DNA from: the human T2T-CHM13v2.0 reference genome, Homo sapiens
Strand: one strand, 5' to 3'
DNA: 64,000 bases
Assembly: GCF_009914755.1 (NCBI RefSeq)
Contig: NC_060938.1
Of this stretch, positions 12,772 through 28,409 are shown one piece after another; the first letter of the stretch is position 1; each line of letters opens with the position of its first letter. The position numbers and the translations under genes are program-made. The notes under the pieces are model-generated. The model saw nothing but the letters and a program-made list of their open reading frames with translations, did no database searches and was not told where the DNA came from.

Positions 12772-15700
12772 TTAATAATTTTAACTTTCATTTTAGATTC
12801 AAGGGGTACATGTGCAGGTTTGTCATATGAGTATATCGTGTGTTGCTGAGGTTTGGGATATGAATGATCCTGTCAAGCAGCTAGTGAGTATTGTACTCAA
12901 TCATTAGTTTTTCCCTCATCCATCCCTTTCATTCTAGTAGTCCCCCGTGTCTATTATTGCCACCTTAATGTCCATGAGTACCTAATGTTTAGCTCCCAAT
13001 TGCAAGTAGAACATGTAATTTACTTAGGATAATGGTATCTAGCTCCATTCATGTTGCCACAAAAGACATGATTTCATATTTATGGCTGCATAGTATTCCA
13101 TGATGTATATGTACCACATTTTCTTTATCCAATCCACTGTTGATGAGCACCTAGGTTGATTCCATGTCTTTGCTATTGTTAGTAGAACAGCAATGAACAT
13201 AAGAGTAAATGTGTCTTTTCAGCAGAATGATGTATTTCCCTTTGGATATATACCCAGTAATGCGATTGCTAGGTTAGAAAATTAATTTGAGATCTTCCTA
13301 ACTTTTTGATATAGGTGTTTAGGGTTATAAACTTTCCTCTTAACACTGCTTTCACTGTATCTCCTATATTTTGGTTTGTTGTGTCTCTGTTTACATATAT
13401 TTCAAATAAATATTTGTTTTCTGCCTTAATTTCATTGTTTACTCAGAAGTTATTCAGGAGCAAGTTGTTTAATTTCCATGTGCTTGTGTGGTTTGGGGAA
13501 ACTATTTTATATTGATATATATTTTTATTCCACTATGGTCTGATAATGTGGTTGGTGTCATTTTGATTTTTTTTAAATTTATTGAGACTTGCTTTATGGC
13601 CAAACATAATGTTGATCTTGGAGAATGTTTTGTGTGTAGATGAGAAGGATGTATATTCTCTTGTTGATAAGTGGAGTGTCCTATAGATGTCTGTTAGATA
13701 CAATTGGTCAGTGTTGTATTCAAGTCCAGAATTCCTTTGTTAGTTTTCAGCATCAATGGTCTATCTAATGTTGTCAGTAGGGTGTTGAATTCTCCTACTA
13801 TCATTCTGTGGCTCTGTAAGTCTTTTCATAGGTCTAGAAGTAGTTGTTTTATTAACCTGGGTGCTCCAGTGGTGGGTGCATATATATTTAAAATAGTTAA
13901 GTACTCTTGTTGATTTCAACTGTTTGTCATTATGTAATGTTCTCCTTTGGCTTTATTAAATCATTGTTTAAAGTTTATTTTATCTGATCTAAGAATAGCA
14001 ACTCCTTTTTTTTCCATTTGAGTGACAGATCTTTCTCCAACCCTTTACTTTGAACCTATGGTTGTCATTGTGTGTGAGATGGGTTTCTTAAAGACAGCAG
14101 ATGGATGAATCTTGCTTTTTAATCCGACTTGCAATTCTGTGCCTGTTAAATGGGGCATTTAGATCATTCACATTCAAGGTTAATATTGATATGTGAGGTT
14201 TAATCTTGTTGTGAAGTTGCTAGCTTGTTGCTTTGTAGTTTCTATTGTGTCGTTGCCTTATAGGCTCTGTGGACTATGTACTTAAGTGTGTTTTTGTGGT
14301 AGCAGGTATCATGCTTTCATTTCCATGTTTAGAACTCCCTTAAGAATCTTCTTTAAGGCTGATATAGTGATAATGAATTTCCTTAGTGCTTGCTTGACTA
14401 GAAAAAAAATGTATCTCCTTTGTTATGAAGCTTAAATGGTGGTATATGATATTCTGGGTTTTAATTTCTTTTCTTTAAGAATGCTGAAAAAAGGCTTCCA
14501 GTCTCTTCTGGCTTATAAGATTTATGCAGAAAAGTCTCCCGTTAGCCTGATGGGATTCCCTTTGTATGTAATCTAGTCTTTTTCTCAAGCTACCTTTTAG
14601 ATTTTTTCTTCAGGGTTAGCCATGGACAGTCTGGGGACTATGTGTCTTGGTGATGTATATTTTGTACAGTATCTCACAGTTCTTCTCTGGGTTTCCTGTA
14701 TCTGGATGTTTACCTCTTTAGCAAGATTAGGGAAATTTTCTTGAATTAATCCCTCAAATATGTTTTCCAAGTTGTTTACTTTTTTTGTTGATTCCAAAAA
14801 TGCTGATAATTTGTAGGTTTGGTTGCTTTACATAATTCTATATTTTTTGAAGACTTTGTTCATTTTTTTAAATTATTTTTTCTTAATTTTTGTCTAATTT
14901 GGCTAGTTTGAAGGACCAGCTCCAAGCTCTGAAATTCTTTTTTTCTATTTGATCCAGTCTAGTAATAAGTGTTTCAATTATATTTTGAAATTCCTTAAGT
15001 TTTTCAATTTCAGAAATTCTGATTGATATCTTTTTAAAATGTTTATGTCTTCCTTCATTTCCTGGATTGATATAGAAGTTTCTCCATGTTGATTTTCAAC
15101 CTTGTCTTGGGTCTCTTTGAGTTTCTTTGCAATCCATGCTTTTGAATTCTTTATCTGTCATTTCTGAGTTTCCATTTTGGTTAGTGACCGTTACCGGAGA
15201 GCTAGTGTGATCCATTGGTTGTTTCACTGCATTCAGATTTTTCATGGTTCCAGAATTCTTGTTCTGATTTCTTATGTGGAGACACTAGAACTTCTAATTT
15301 TTATAATCATTTTCATATGTGAATAATTTTTTTTCTTTTTCTTTCTCTCCCTATAATAAAATACGGTGTTTTTTTTTTTTTCTTTCTCTTTCCCTTTTCC
15401 CTTTGTCCCCACTCCGGGGTGTGATTGTAAAGAATGTTGGGAAGAGTCTTTTTGCTTTGCCTCTATAGCCCTATGCATTTCAGCAGATTTTATATTGGGC
15501 TGTGCAGTTCATCCTACAAGTCAGTAAATGATTCTTATGGGTAAGTGCCAGATGTGGCCAATGTGGCTGCATATATACTTAATTCTTGTTTACTGGGAGC
15601 TCTCTGTTCCCTCAGACAATGGGCTGATTCATGGAATACACAATGTTCTGTGCTCCTAAGGTGGGGGACAAGATGGGTGGGGCCAGTTTGGGCAGGTCCA

Positions 15701-17090
15701 CCTACAGTTTCCCTGCTGGCAGGCGCAAGCACCAGTGCCAAGGGAGAATCAAATGGGTAGCCACCAAGCACCCAGAAGTGTGCCTAGGCTTGAAGCTGGG
15801 AAACCTCCTTGGCCCCAAGCTCTCTGCATAGTAGGTGGGGTAGCCTCAACTCCTAATCCAGGAGAGTGAGTGCTCCAGATAGCTGGAAATTTGCATGGGT
15901 GTGAGGTGTAGAAGACCCCAGTGCAGCACGATCGCTCCACAAGAATGGTGGGGTGCCTCAGGCTGCTGAACCAGGCAAGCGGATACTCCTAATGCCTGGA
16001 AATCTGCGTGGATGTGAATTGGAGAGGGCCTCCCTGTACCAGGATCTCTGCACAGAAAGGGTGGTGTGGCTCAGGCTGCTGAGCAAGGCAAGCAGGTGCT
16101 TAGAATGCCTGGAAGTCTACTTTGGTGTAAAGTGGAGAGGGCCTCCCTGTACCAGGATCTCTACACAGAAAGGGTGGTGTGGCTTGGGCTACTGAACCAG
16201 GCAAGCAGGTTCTCAGAATGCCTGGAGCTCTGACCAAGTATGAGGAAGACAGGGCCTTCTTGCACCAAGATTTCTGCACAGGAAGGATGGGACAGCTCAG
16301 GCTGCTAGTTCATGTTAGCGGATGTCCCAAATGCCTGGTGATCTTCCCAGGAGTGGAGCAGAGGGCACCCTGCTGCACCAGGATCTCTGGGGAGCAGGCT
16401 AGGGCATCCAGCAATGACACACACAGACTGGTTCCAGGTCCCCAAGCTGACTCTTGCTGCAAATCTCGTTGCCCAGGAGAAACCAGAGCTGCAGCAGCTC
16501 TTCTCCTGTCCCAGGCCTGTGACCATGGAGAGCACAATTCTAGCACCTACTACTGAGCCACTTTTCACAGTTCTGAGTGTGAAGGCCCCTACCCTACTCC
16601 AGAGTAAGAACTCTAGTCTCTGGCCTGAAACTAAAATGCCTGTGCCATCATAATGCCATGTCACCAAAGAATGACTGACTTTGTATACACCTGGATTAAA
16701 AATTATGTCCTGTTTTTGGTCCTGGGTCTGGGTTAAACACCTGACACTTTTCATGGTATCTTTCCCTCTCACTGTCTGTAAGCCTATCTCCAAGTTAGCT
16801 CCAGGTCTGGAGAGAAACAAAATGTTCTCCCTTGGCCTCGAATTCCATGTGAAAAGATGAGTCACAAAAGGAGGTTCTGTGCCTCTCTCACGTACTGGGG
16901 CTACACTCACTTTTATCAGCCAAATGCTGTCATGGGGTCTGTCTACCCATCTCTTCTCCTTCTTGAGATCTGGAGTGTCCTTCATGCTTCCAATTTTCTT
17001 TCTCAAAATACAACTGACAGAGTTGATCTGTATGCACTATCTTGCTGTTTTCAAGTGGCATGCTAAAATCCCCTGGTATTCCATCTTGGG
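12772..17090 (-). mobile_element. L1PA15/16-like element with 5' UTR, ORF1, endonuclease domain and 3' UTR; most of ORF2 deleted at about 13273
   Basis: 3' end ttttagattcaaggggtacatgtgcagg; ORF1p fragment (ORF 14597-14797: LENIFEGLIQENFPNLAKE); 5' terminus ccatcttggg (reverse complement CCAAGATGG). Confidence 0.9.
15865..16390. repeat. 113-bp tandem repeat (about 4.5 copies) in the L1 5' UTR
   Basis: ggcaagc recurs at 15974, 16087 and 16200; shared aatgcctgg...accaggatctct...ctcaggctgct. Confidence 0.9.
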
Positions 17091-17924
17091 AAAAAAAACT
17101 AAAATGACTTTGAAACATTAGAAAGCACCCCTAATTTTCACAGTTAGCGTGACTGAAAGAACCATTTACATTTAGAGCATAAGGTTTTTTTCAGACAACA
17201 AATTTACAAACTAAAAACCTTTGAAACACATTAAGATATTTATATGTCATTACCAACTAGCTAATACCTTTAGCTAAAATATATTCTAAAATGCTGCACT
17301 GAAGACTGAAATAATTTGCATTTGAGATCTAAAAACTGTTCATAAGCTCATATGAATGAATTTATATTAATTAAAACTACAAGGCCATATTAAGTTATGG
17401 TTGTTTTAAGTAGCAAAATGGCCAGTGTAGATATTTTTATCTTTGTGTAATATAATAAGTATAAATATTTTCAAGAATGTGTTATGACTAATATATAATA
17501 TAGAATGTAATAACCTGGAAAATTATTGTATGTGATAATTATTAATTTTAATCTTTAAATGTTTACATCTTTATACCTCAACCCGCCCTTATGAGAATCA
17601 TGTCAGTTCTTCATTCATCTTTGTCCCACAGCCATAATAAAAGTCTCATTTATTTTTCCTACTGTTTGAACTTTCTATTTCAAACTTTGGTAATCGGTTA
17701 CTACCTTTCAAAAGCCTTGTAGATTTTGAAGGACTATATTCCCTTATTTTTTGTCCATTTTGTCAGATTATCCTTTTTTTTAACAGAGCTGAATTGTTAC
17801 ATTTATTGGCCCTGTTGAAGTGAAAAACCACTAGGATATTTTGCCTTGGGGCTATGTATTTTCCCTTTCTTGTTTCTTAGTAAATAGGAGCCTAGTACTA
17901 GAAATTGAGTTATTGGCCCATCGC

Positions 17925-18115
17925 CTTACATTAATTCTCTCATTTATGCTTTATTACTACTTTAACAAGGTGCCTAGAGTTAGGATTCACATTTTAGATG
18001 TGGCGAACTTGAGGCTTAAAAATGTTGCTATCATCCTTAGGTGACATTGCTATTAAGAGGAGGACTCAGGATAAGAACGTGGGGCTAGCTGACTTTGGAA
18101 TCCTTGCTTTAACTC
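17925..18115 (-). mobile_element. MIR
   Basis: cacattttagatgtggcgaacttgaggcttaaaaatgtt...ggtgacattgctattaagaggaggactcagga. Confidence 0.75.
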
Positions 18116-20122
18116 TTGTGTTTTCTGCTTCACATTTGCTTGCATGGCTTCATCTGCTGTTTGGAGATAGTTGACATTTCACTGCATCTTGATTCACAAG
18201 TTTTATTTCTGTATATCATGTGGTAGTTAGGTCAGGACTAGAGAGATATCTTCTTGTCTCTTCTAACCCTTACTGGCTATTGTCCACTGCCTGACAGATG
18301 AAAACTAGTCATCTGTCTGAAAACTATAAGCCAGAAGTCATTCTTAATTCCATAGTTGTACCATATTTTTGGGGCCAGAACATTTCTTTAATGTATACAT
18401 CTTGTACCCTCAACCAAATCTGTTTGTTAGGAGTTGGTAAATATTTGCCAGAATTACTGTAAATTGCCACATATGTGTAATTATTACAGAGTGCTTCTGA
18501 TCAAATAATATTTCTAAGTCTCCACTGAACCAGATTGCTTTACTTCATGAAGTCTTTTAAGATCTTCCAGGCTCTGTATGTCTGTTTCATAATATATATA
18601 GATTCCTGAATGCAGAAGACAAGCTCTTTTCTGGAGTAACCAGTATTTACTTTTAACTCTCCAATTTTATATTTATTTGCTTTCTCTTATACTAAGGTAA
18701 AAAACATGTTAGAAAATGTTACTGTTCAAAGTGTTTACCTCTTATCTCCTAAACAGGAAATTATGATTCATTTGGTTTAAATTTCTCATCAGTTATTTAT
18801 TTGGTAGATTTTTCCTAGTTTTTAAACACGATTGCTCTCAGAAACCTAAGCATAGAGTATCAAGTACGATTGATGATCACAACACATTAATTGGATAAAA
18901 AGGGGATCATGTTACTTAAGTAGCTTGGCTTACAATTGGCCATAGAACTGTTCCTATTTGGAGCTCAAAAGTATGATACATAGTCTTTGTTCCTTCAATT
19001 ATTATTTTTTCATTATCTACGCTCTAATTTTGCTATCTGGTAAACCTTGTTGTTCAGAGGGATCCAGGGAACTTTCATCATTGCTTGCCTTTCCTATAAA
19101 CTGCGTTCATTTTTCCTTTCCAATTTGTGTCAATTAAAACTTTCCTAAGTTATAATTTGGTGGAACTTAATCTTTGTTAAATAACAAATATACTGTATGA
19201 AAGATAACTCTTGCTAAACTGCATCAGAGGAAGTAACACCCATGCATCCTTCCAGGATATTCTACAAATAATAACTAAACTAAAATAATGTTTATAATGC
19301 CTGAATTTTCACAGGGGCATTATGATGCTGAAACTGAAGACCAATGTGCCTCTGAAAACCCATATGAACAGTAGTCTGTTCTACTTAGTCATACCTACTC
19401 CATGAACAAAATAATGGTTCATATATTTTTTTCTATTTTTTTTGACTTTTTAATGGCCATCACAGAAATCTATCACTCTGAAACAGTTTTCTCTGTTACA
19501 GGTGGTTCAAAAGTATAAAGCACATTATTCATTATAGTTAAACTGCTGAACTGTGTAAACATACATATTTACTAAAACGACTAAAATGGGTAATATTTTA
19601 ATAGATCATTGATAGATATTTAGTAAAAACACTAAATCAACATAATGCTCGCCAGAGCAATATAGGACTATAGTAAGAGTGTAGACAAAAGGCTGTAATT
19701 GTATTTATATATTAACATTTTATGTAAAATTATTTACTTTCAGTTTCTTTACCAGTTATTTTTTGTTTCTTACCCTTAATATGAATTTTGTTGCAAAACG
19801 AGGTCATAACATCTTGGTGTTTTATGAAACTTGTGCACTATGCAATTTAGTCAGTGCTTATACATAGGTGAGACACTTCCATTTGAAGATGGAATCACCA
19901 TTGACCTTTTACAGTGACAAGACTTTTTACTAATCATTTATTTGAGGGTAATGACTTCACATATGTGTGGAAGAATATAATCTTAATGTTGGAAACTAAT
20001 TTAAAAGTCATTTGTATGTTAAAACAGTGAACTATTTACTGGTAACTATCTTAAACGACAGTTAGTATTAAAACCAGTGCTTTATAAACATCAAATCAGC
20101 AATGGAGGTAAAACAGCCAGTC

Positions 20123-20464
20123 AGCCAGGCCTCATGGCTCCAAGTTGTAATCTTAGCACTTTAGCAGGCAGAGGCAGGAGGCTTACTTGAGCCCAGGAGT
20201 TTGAGACCAGCCTGGGCAGCAAAGCAAAAATCCGATCTCTATAAATAAATAAATAAATAAATAGGAAAGAAAAAAAATTAGCCAGTCATGGTGGCACACT
20301 TATGTAGTTCTAGCTACTCAGAAGGCTGAGCAGAGAGGATTGCTTGAGCCTAAGAGTTTGAGGCTGTAGTCAGGTGTGATTCTGCCACTTCACTCCAACA
20401 TAGACGAAAGAGTGAGACCCTGTCTCTAAAATAAAATAAATATATTTTTAAAATAAAATAAATA
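20123..20464 (+). mobile_element. AluJ(o) with (TAAA)n expansion in the linker
   Basis: Two arms, cttgagcccaggagtttgaga / ttgaggctgtagt, A-rich tail. Confidence 0.95.
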
Positions 20465-21893
20465 GTCAACATCATCAAGCAGCATGTATAATACAAAATA
20501 ATAAGAGTAATAATAAAAACAAATAAATAGAAACAATTTCAACAAAACATTTGAACTGGAGTCTGAAATGTATGGATCTTAGTTCTGGCAGTACCTTTGG
20601 CTGTATATGTGACTTTGAGCCAAAATACTTTTATTTTCTGCATTTATAAAATATTCCAACTATGAAAGTTAGGTGAGTATTGAGTAGTACATGAAGGTGG
20701 GGTGGTAGAGGATTACTAAATTGCTAAATAATCTGAAATGCAAATGCCTTCTCACCCTTGAGTGTAAATTCTCCAGAGAGGTCAGTTGCAGTTTTGTCTG
20801 TTTTGTTTTCATGACACTGCATTAACATACACCCATGCTTATTTTCAGGTTTCTGCTCATTCAATGGGAAAATTCTGGTAATGATTTTGGCAATATCACT
20901 CCTGTTGGGGGTGGTTTCCAAAATCTAAAGGGCTGTATTTCACTTTGAGCAATCTTCCATTAGTCATATTTATTGGATAAACTTGGCCAGGTCAGCAATC
21001 ACTAAAAGCACACGCAAACAAATTTAGTTGGTGTTGCTTCTGTTTGAAGAAAACACAAATAAGGTAGGCTGTAACTATCTCTTTGAGAGTTACAGACTAA
21101 CAACTTAAAAAATCTATAATCCAGAGAAGAAAAGACTAGATATAATTGCTCAGCAAAAAAGTTTACGTGTCTGAGCCTCCTATAGATAGATCATCTTAAT
21201 GAGTCCAAAGACTCTCAAGGAAAAAGAAAACACACACATCTTTGTCTTTCCATTTCAAAAATGATGGAAGTCTTTCAAGTATGAAAAATAAAGCAAATTG
21301 AAACCATCTCCTATCTGTCTTTTAATAAAACAAGAGTGAAAGATACTGCATAATCTTTGTAAATGTTTGTAAATCCTTTAACTCTCAGATTTCTTTTGTA
21401 ATTAAGATTAGAATCTATTCAATTCATCTAACTTTCTCTCCTAATTCTTTATCATTAAGAGAATTCATCAAGGCTACCACATAAGAATGGGAAAGATTCC
21501 AAATTTTATAGCTGCCTTCTATATTGAAGCCAAAACATTTTATGAGTCTCTTGGTTCTAATGTTCTTAACTCAGTTGAGTGTCTGAGCATTTTAGATGAG
21601 AGACATTTTTATCACTTTGACAAAAATGGCATCTTTAATTTTAATGGCTCCATCAAAAATTGATCAAGCATGTTGTTTTTTGTGAGTCCTTTTAGAAATG
21701 AATTCACTAACCAACAATTTTAAAGATTCATCCATTTTTATTTAAAAACGTCCCTTCAGCTCACTACATGAACTATTTATTCACAGATGGCATCTTTTAA
21801 AAATAAATCTGAATTGTGTTTTGAAACCCAGAACCAAGGTTTCCAACAATGAGCTCAGTTTTTGCAGTTAATCAATCATTCAGTCACACCATC

Positions 21894-22335
21894 TGATGTG
21901 GTTTGAACATTTGTCCTCTCCAAATCTCATGTCGAAATGTGATTCCCAGTGTTGGAGGTGGAGCTTTGTGGGAGGTGGTTGGTTTAGGGGGTCAGATCCC
22001 TTGTGAATGGCTTAGCACCATTGCTTTGGTGATGGATAAGTTATTGCCCAGTTTGTTCACACAAGAGTTGGTTATTTAAAAGAGTGTAGCACCTCCCTTA
22101 TTTCTCTCTCTTGCTCCCATTCTTGCCATATGACATCCCTCCTCCCCACTTCACCTTCCATCATGACTATAAGCTTCCAGAAGCCTGCAATAGAAGCAGA
22201 TGCCAGCACCACACTACCCATACTCCCTGTAGAACCATGAGCCAATTAAACCTCCTTTCTTTATAAATTATAAATTTCTTTATAAATTTACCAGTCTCAG
22301 GTATTCCTTTATAGTAACACAAACAGAGTAATACA
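21894..22335 (+). mobile_element. MSTB solo LTR
   Basis: tgatgtggtttgaacatttgtcctctccaaatctcatg ... ctcaggtattcctttatagtaacacaaacagagtaataca; TG..CA ends. Confidence 0.92.
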
Positions 22336-24384
22336 ACATTATAGTATTACCTATCCTCATTTTCATAAACAATCGTTTCCTATTCTATACAGGAAAGAAT
22401 ACATTATTTTGAGTGACAATGCTTTTGTAATTTCAAACCTTTTAAAAATAATTCTTGCATATATTTTGATATCTTAATTCTTGTACACATTTATATCTTA
22501 AGTAGTTCTATGGAAGGCATGATTTTAAAAAAATGAAGTTTTGTTTTTGCACCCCTCTTTTAAAAGAAATATGTCCAAGTTAATGCATTCTGTACCTATA
22601 ATATTCATTTTTTTAAAAAAATACTCAAATATTTAGCAATGGTTTTGGAGTTTTAAATATTTTAAAGTATACATGATTATTAGGGGAAAATTTAAGAAAG
22701 CAACACTTTGTTGCCAATTAGGTGAAGAATAATTTATTTAAAGAGATAGTTTACTGGAAGAATTAGTATTAAAAATTTTAATTGTTGAAACCAAATCGTA
22801 TATAAACTGCAACCTAAAACATTAGAAGTAATGTTCTGTATATAATCTGTACATGTTTGCCAAAATTCTGTTTCTGGTATTTTAACATAGCAATTGTTTT
22901 TCTGTTCATAAATAAAGATGAAAATGTTTATTGCAAATTATCAGTTATTTATTATCTCATTACAGATGCAAATAAAACCATAGACAAAAATAGACTGCTT
23001 TTAAATGGCTGTCTTCTAATTTTCACCTTGTATTACAAAGATGATATGAACTACTAAACTATATTATTTAAAAATAAATAAAGGTCCTTATCATTTATCA
23101 CCCCTACAGTAAATATTGAACAAAACAACCATGTCTCTATTCCTTTCTAGTCTTTGATAATATGCAAACTTACTTTTATCAATGTTGCTAAATTTCGAAC
23201 ACTTTAGTGGCAATGCACTTTGCTAGATTTAGAATATAATGGACTTGCAAGGAGATGCATATTGTTTTATATTTCAGGGAGCCTAAAATGTGATTTACAA
23301 ACCATTCTTATGAGTCCAGAAAGGATTTCCACAGGAAATGTAGTTTGAGTGTGAACTTGATGTTTAGAAATAGTTATAAAAAAGGCATAGATAATATCAG
23401 TTTTGTACGTTAACACATATTATATAATTTTCATTTTTAATGACTATATAGTGTTCAAGTCATCTCTATTTTACGTAATGATTTTTCTGTTTTAGAGCCT
23501 TGGTTCTTTTCAGTCCTTTAATTTGCCATTATACATATGTCTAATAGAATATATATGTATATATCTGTATGATTTTATTAAAATAAAGCCACCAAAATGG
23601 TATGGTTTTGTTAACAAAAGATGAGAGTTTAAAAAAAAAATAGAGAATTTGAAGTTGCCTTTCCTTTCTCCGATCATTGGTAATGTCTTAATTTATGCCT
23701 GTATATGTTAATTGAATGAAAGGTTCTCATCTGCTCATTTGGTGGGTAGTACCCAATGGAGTGGTCTATACAAAATGGGATTTTAGCATCTAGATGTTCA
23801 TTTTTAAAAACAAAAGGAAATTTTGTAGTTATATATTTCAAGACTCTTAATATCTAAGATGTTTAATGATGCAATGATAATAAATTTTTCTTATGGACAA
23901 TGACAACAACAATAAAAAAGTGTGAGATAATTGAGTCTAGGACCAAAGTCTCATCACACACCAACTGTAGGTCTTCGTCACTCTATTTTCCTTTTGTCCA
24001 TGGTTAAAATTATCTAAATCATTTGGGTTTTTATTTATATTTTCAGATCATATGAATTTACGGGATCTTTTTTTCACATACAGTATCTGAAATGCTCTCT
24101 CTCTCTCTCTTTTTAAATTTGTCACAAACTTAACCAGATTTGATATTTTCAAAGGTAAGTCCCATTCTTGGCTACCTTCTGTGTTCTTCAGTGTCTTGTG
24201 CTAACTCTTCACTGATATTATCTTATTTAATTTTCATGTAAAATCTGTGAGATAAAATAATTGGTGCTTAGGTAAAATGACTTTCTAATAATCATAAAGC
24301 TAATAAATGATAGAATCAAATTTTAAAATATCCCTCTTTCTAGTATAGTTATTATGCAGTCTTGCATCAGATAGATCTGTATGG

Positions 24385-24700
24385 AGTTCCATTCTTGCTA
24401 CTTCCACCATTCTACCCTAAAATTGTCACCTATAGCCTGCACTATGGAAATCATCCCCTAACTGATTTCTCTGCTTCAACTTTAGCCATCATCAGCCAGA
24501 AAAATATTTGAAAAAATATAAATTTGATCATGTAATCCATTGTTGATGTTTTCCCTTCTTTATCTCCTTCAGATATTTGAGCTAAATTTACATGATAAGG
24601 AGTTAGCTAGGCAAAGAAGAGGAATTAGGATATTCCAAATTGGCGGTGCAGATGCCTCACATATCCAAAAGGCAAGTTTGCTTGAAGATTTGCAAGTATA
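24385..24700. mobile_element. L2 fragments
   Basis: cctgcactatggaaatcatcccctaactgatttctctgcttc...tttgatcatgt (+ strand) and ttgagctaaatttacatgataaggagttagctaggcaaaga (- strand). Confidence 0.6.
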
Positions 24701-24744
24701 ATTAGAGAGTTGAAGTCATTTTTTAAAGTATATGTTTTAGCAGG

Positions 24745-27110
<2,366 letters not shown>

Positions 27111-27111
27111 G

Positions 27112-27116
<5 letters not shown>

Positions 27117-27166
<50 letters not shown>
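27117..27166. repeat. (TA)n microsatellite
   Basis: About 25 perfect TA units. Confidence 0.98.
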
Positions 27167-27169
<3 letters not shown>

Positions 27170-27944
27170 AATTTGCTGTAACTTATTGATGAATTGACCT
27201 TTTATTGTTTTATAATGACATAATGACATCATTTTCTTTTGTATAGTTTTCAACTTAAAGTCTATTTTATCTTATATAAGTATAGCTATCTAGCTACCCC
27301 TGCTCTCTTTTGTTTCCATTTGCATGGAATACCTTTTTTCCATTCTATTGTTTTCAGTCTCTGTGTGTGCAGAGAGGTGAAGTAAGCTTCTTATAAGCAG
27401 TATACAATGGAGTCTTGTCTTTTTTTTTAATCCACTCAGCCTCTTTATGTCTTTCAATTGTGAAATTAAATTCATTTACATTCAAAGTAATTGCTGATGG
27501 GTAAGAACTTATGCCATTTGTTCATTACATTCTGGTTAGTTTGTAGATCATTTGTTATCTCTTCCTTTCTTGCTGTCTGCATTTTGTTGAATTTCTGTAG
27601 TGGTATGCTTTGAATTATTTCATTTATCTTTTGTGTATCTAGTAAGGGTTTTGCTTGTGGTTACAATAATGCTTACATAAAATATATTGACAGATTATTT
27701 TAAGCTAATAATAACTTAACTTTGATCACTTACAAAAAAAGCTCCACTTCCCCTGACAACCAAAAAAGTGTTTTTGATGACACATGCTTATCTTTTATAG
27801 TTTGTGTTACTTAACATATTTTTGTAACTATAGTTTTTAATAGTTCTTTCTTTAAACCATCATCGTAAATATTTGATTTATTTTCTCAACATCATTACAG
27901 CATAAAAATATTCTGAGTTTTACTCGACTTATTTTTACTAATGA

Positions 27945-28392
<448 letters not shown>

Positions 28393-28409
28393 ACACTCCT
28401 TTATTTTTA

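Noticed and set aside
15865-16390. Regularly spaced repeats suggestive of a CRISPR array
   Set aside because: Head-to-tail diverged units without unique spacers, in a eukaryotic L1 context, with no cas genes
15535-17121. Many overlapping ORFs, including one of 233 aa
   Set aside because: GC-richer, stop-poor L1 5' UTR and tandem repeat; no coding signature
20720-21020. Unique sequence with an octamer ATGCAAAT (20737-20744) as a possible enhancer
   Set aside because: A single 8-mer is expected by chance here; cannot be supported without conservation or chromatin data
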